Source of the DNA: an uncultured Candidatus Saccharibacteria bacterium
GTDB lineage: Bacteria; Patescibacteriota; Minisyncoccia; UBA6257; 2-01-FULL-56-20
Length of the DNA stretch: 56,456 nucleotides
Assembly (NCBI GenBank): GCA_964365185.1
Contig: CAYIOP010000004.1
Location: forward strand, 1-56,456
Direction: 5' to 3'
Under the pieces are notes generated by a model. The model was given only the letters and a program-made list of their open reading frames with translations. It was not told the origin of the DNA and did no database searches. A program made the position numbers and the translations under genes. Positions 56,120 through 56,456 of the stretch are shown in pieces. How positions within the stretch are numbered: position 1 is the first letter of the stretch; each line of letters starts with the position of its first letter.

Positions 56120-56176
56120 AGCCCTGTACCATGAGGTCCGATAGCAATTATTGAGCTATAAAAAACAGTCTTTGAA

Positions 56177-56209
56177 AAAAGAGCTGTCGGGCCCCCCGAC
56201 AGCTCTTTT
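56177..56209. other. perfect 15-bp GC-clamped hairpin flanked by A- and T-runs
   Basis: AAAAGAGCTGTCGGG-CCC-CCCGACAGCTCTTTT. Confidence 0.7.
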
Positions 56210-56427
56210 AAAATTTAATATATAAATGTCAGTACAATAAATAAGATTTTTTTAGTTGTCCCAATCAAAACTTTCAACAATTTTAAAGTCATTGACCAAG
56301 AAATTTTTGTTTTAGTTTTGAGCATTCCGCCAAAACTTCGGTTGTGGTGGAATATTCCAGTATCATTTGTTATCGTCGCGTTTCAAATTTTTTGATTCGC
56401 GGCAGTAAATACACTTGATACTTTTTA

Positions 56428-56456
56428 TGAGGATTTGATCCTGGTCCAGGATGAAC
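56428..56456 (+). rRNA. 16S rRNA, extreme 5' end (partial, runs off the window)
   Basis: GAGGATTTGATCCTGGTCCAGGATGAAC aligns with the universal 16S 5' end (AGAGTTTGATCCTGGCTCAGGATGAAC) with a few substitutions. Confidence 0.75.

Noticed and set aside
1-56456. Reverse transcriptase, transposase, integrase or CRISPR array that could explain the repeats.
   Set aside because: No ORF translation shows RT (YxDD context), DDE or tyrosine/serine recombinase hallmarks. The palindromic repeats are dispersed singly and are not arranged as a repeat-spacer array.
1-56456. Alternative genetic code (UGA recoding), as used by some CPR lineages.
   Set aside because: Conserved genes end at their expected lengths on TGA, TAA and TAG. 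For example, 8167-8790 and 39793-40101 end on TGA. No conserved protein is interrupted in the standard code.

Overview
This is a 56.5-kb, A+T-rich, densely packed bacterial segment read in the standard genetic code. My inference is a Patescibacteria/CPR-like organism. The supporting clues are a DUF4012 protein, domain-minimised ThrRS and AlaRS, unusual ribosomal gene order, and a variant 16S 5' end (GATTTGATCCTGGTCCAGGATGAAC) at the right edge. Most of the window is housekeeping: an in-frame rpoB-rpoC fusion, rpsF-ssb-rplK, tmk, gatB, miaA, thrS, serS, alr, an ftsQ-like gene, lepA, pcm, tRNA-Gly(CCC), dnaG-rpoD, alaS, argS and rpmE. Five accessory regions stand out. (1) 7.9-9.4 kb is a G+C-rich cassette carrying a diversity-generating-retroelement (DGR) type variable/template repeat pair. 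All VR/TR mismatches fall on TR adenines, but there is no reverse transcriptase or Avd anywhere in the window, and the TR sits in its own promoter-terminator unit. (2) 30.3-31.5 kb is a 1.2-kb non-coding, hairpin-rich region in front of an operon of giant secreted proteins at 31.5-39.7 kb, with prenyltransferase-like repeats plus dockerin, a transglutaminase-like protein with an RlpA-like C-terminus, FG-GAP-like repeats and a PG-binding domain. (3) 40.1-43.9 kb is an R-M-like module whose DNA methyltransferase is fused to a complete self-cleaving LexA module, flanked by unknown genes. (4) 45-51.8 kb is a Leu/Phe/Val dehydrogenase - PaaK-like ligase - ThiF/E1-like - NTP-transferase - Nudix - nitroreductase neighbourhood. 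(5) Several families of short perfect palindromes are dispersed through the window. One is a 30-nt double-hairpin unit inserted in the same reading frame inside serS, alaS and a histidine kinase gene. No CRISPR array, transposase or prophage was seen.
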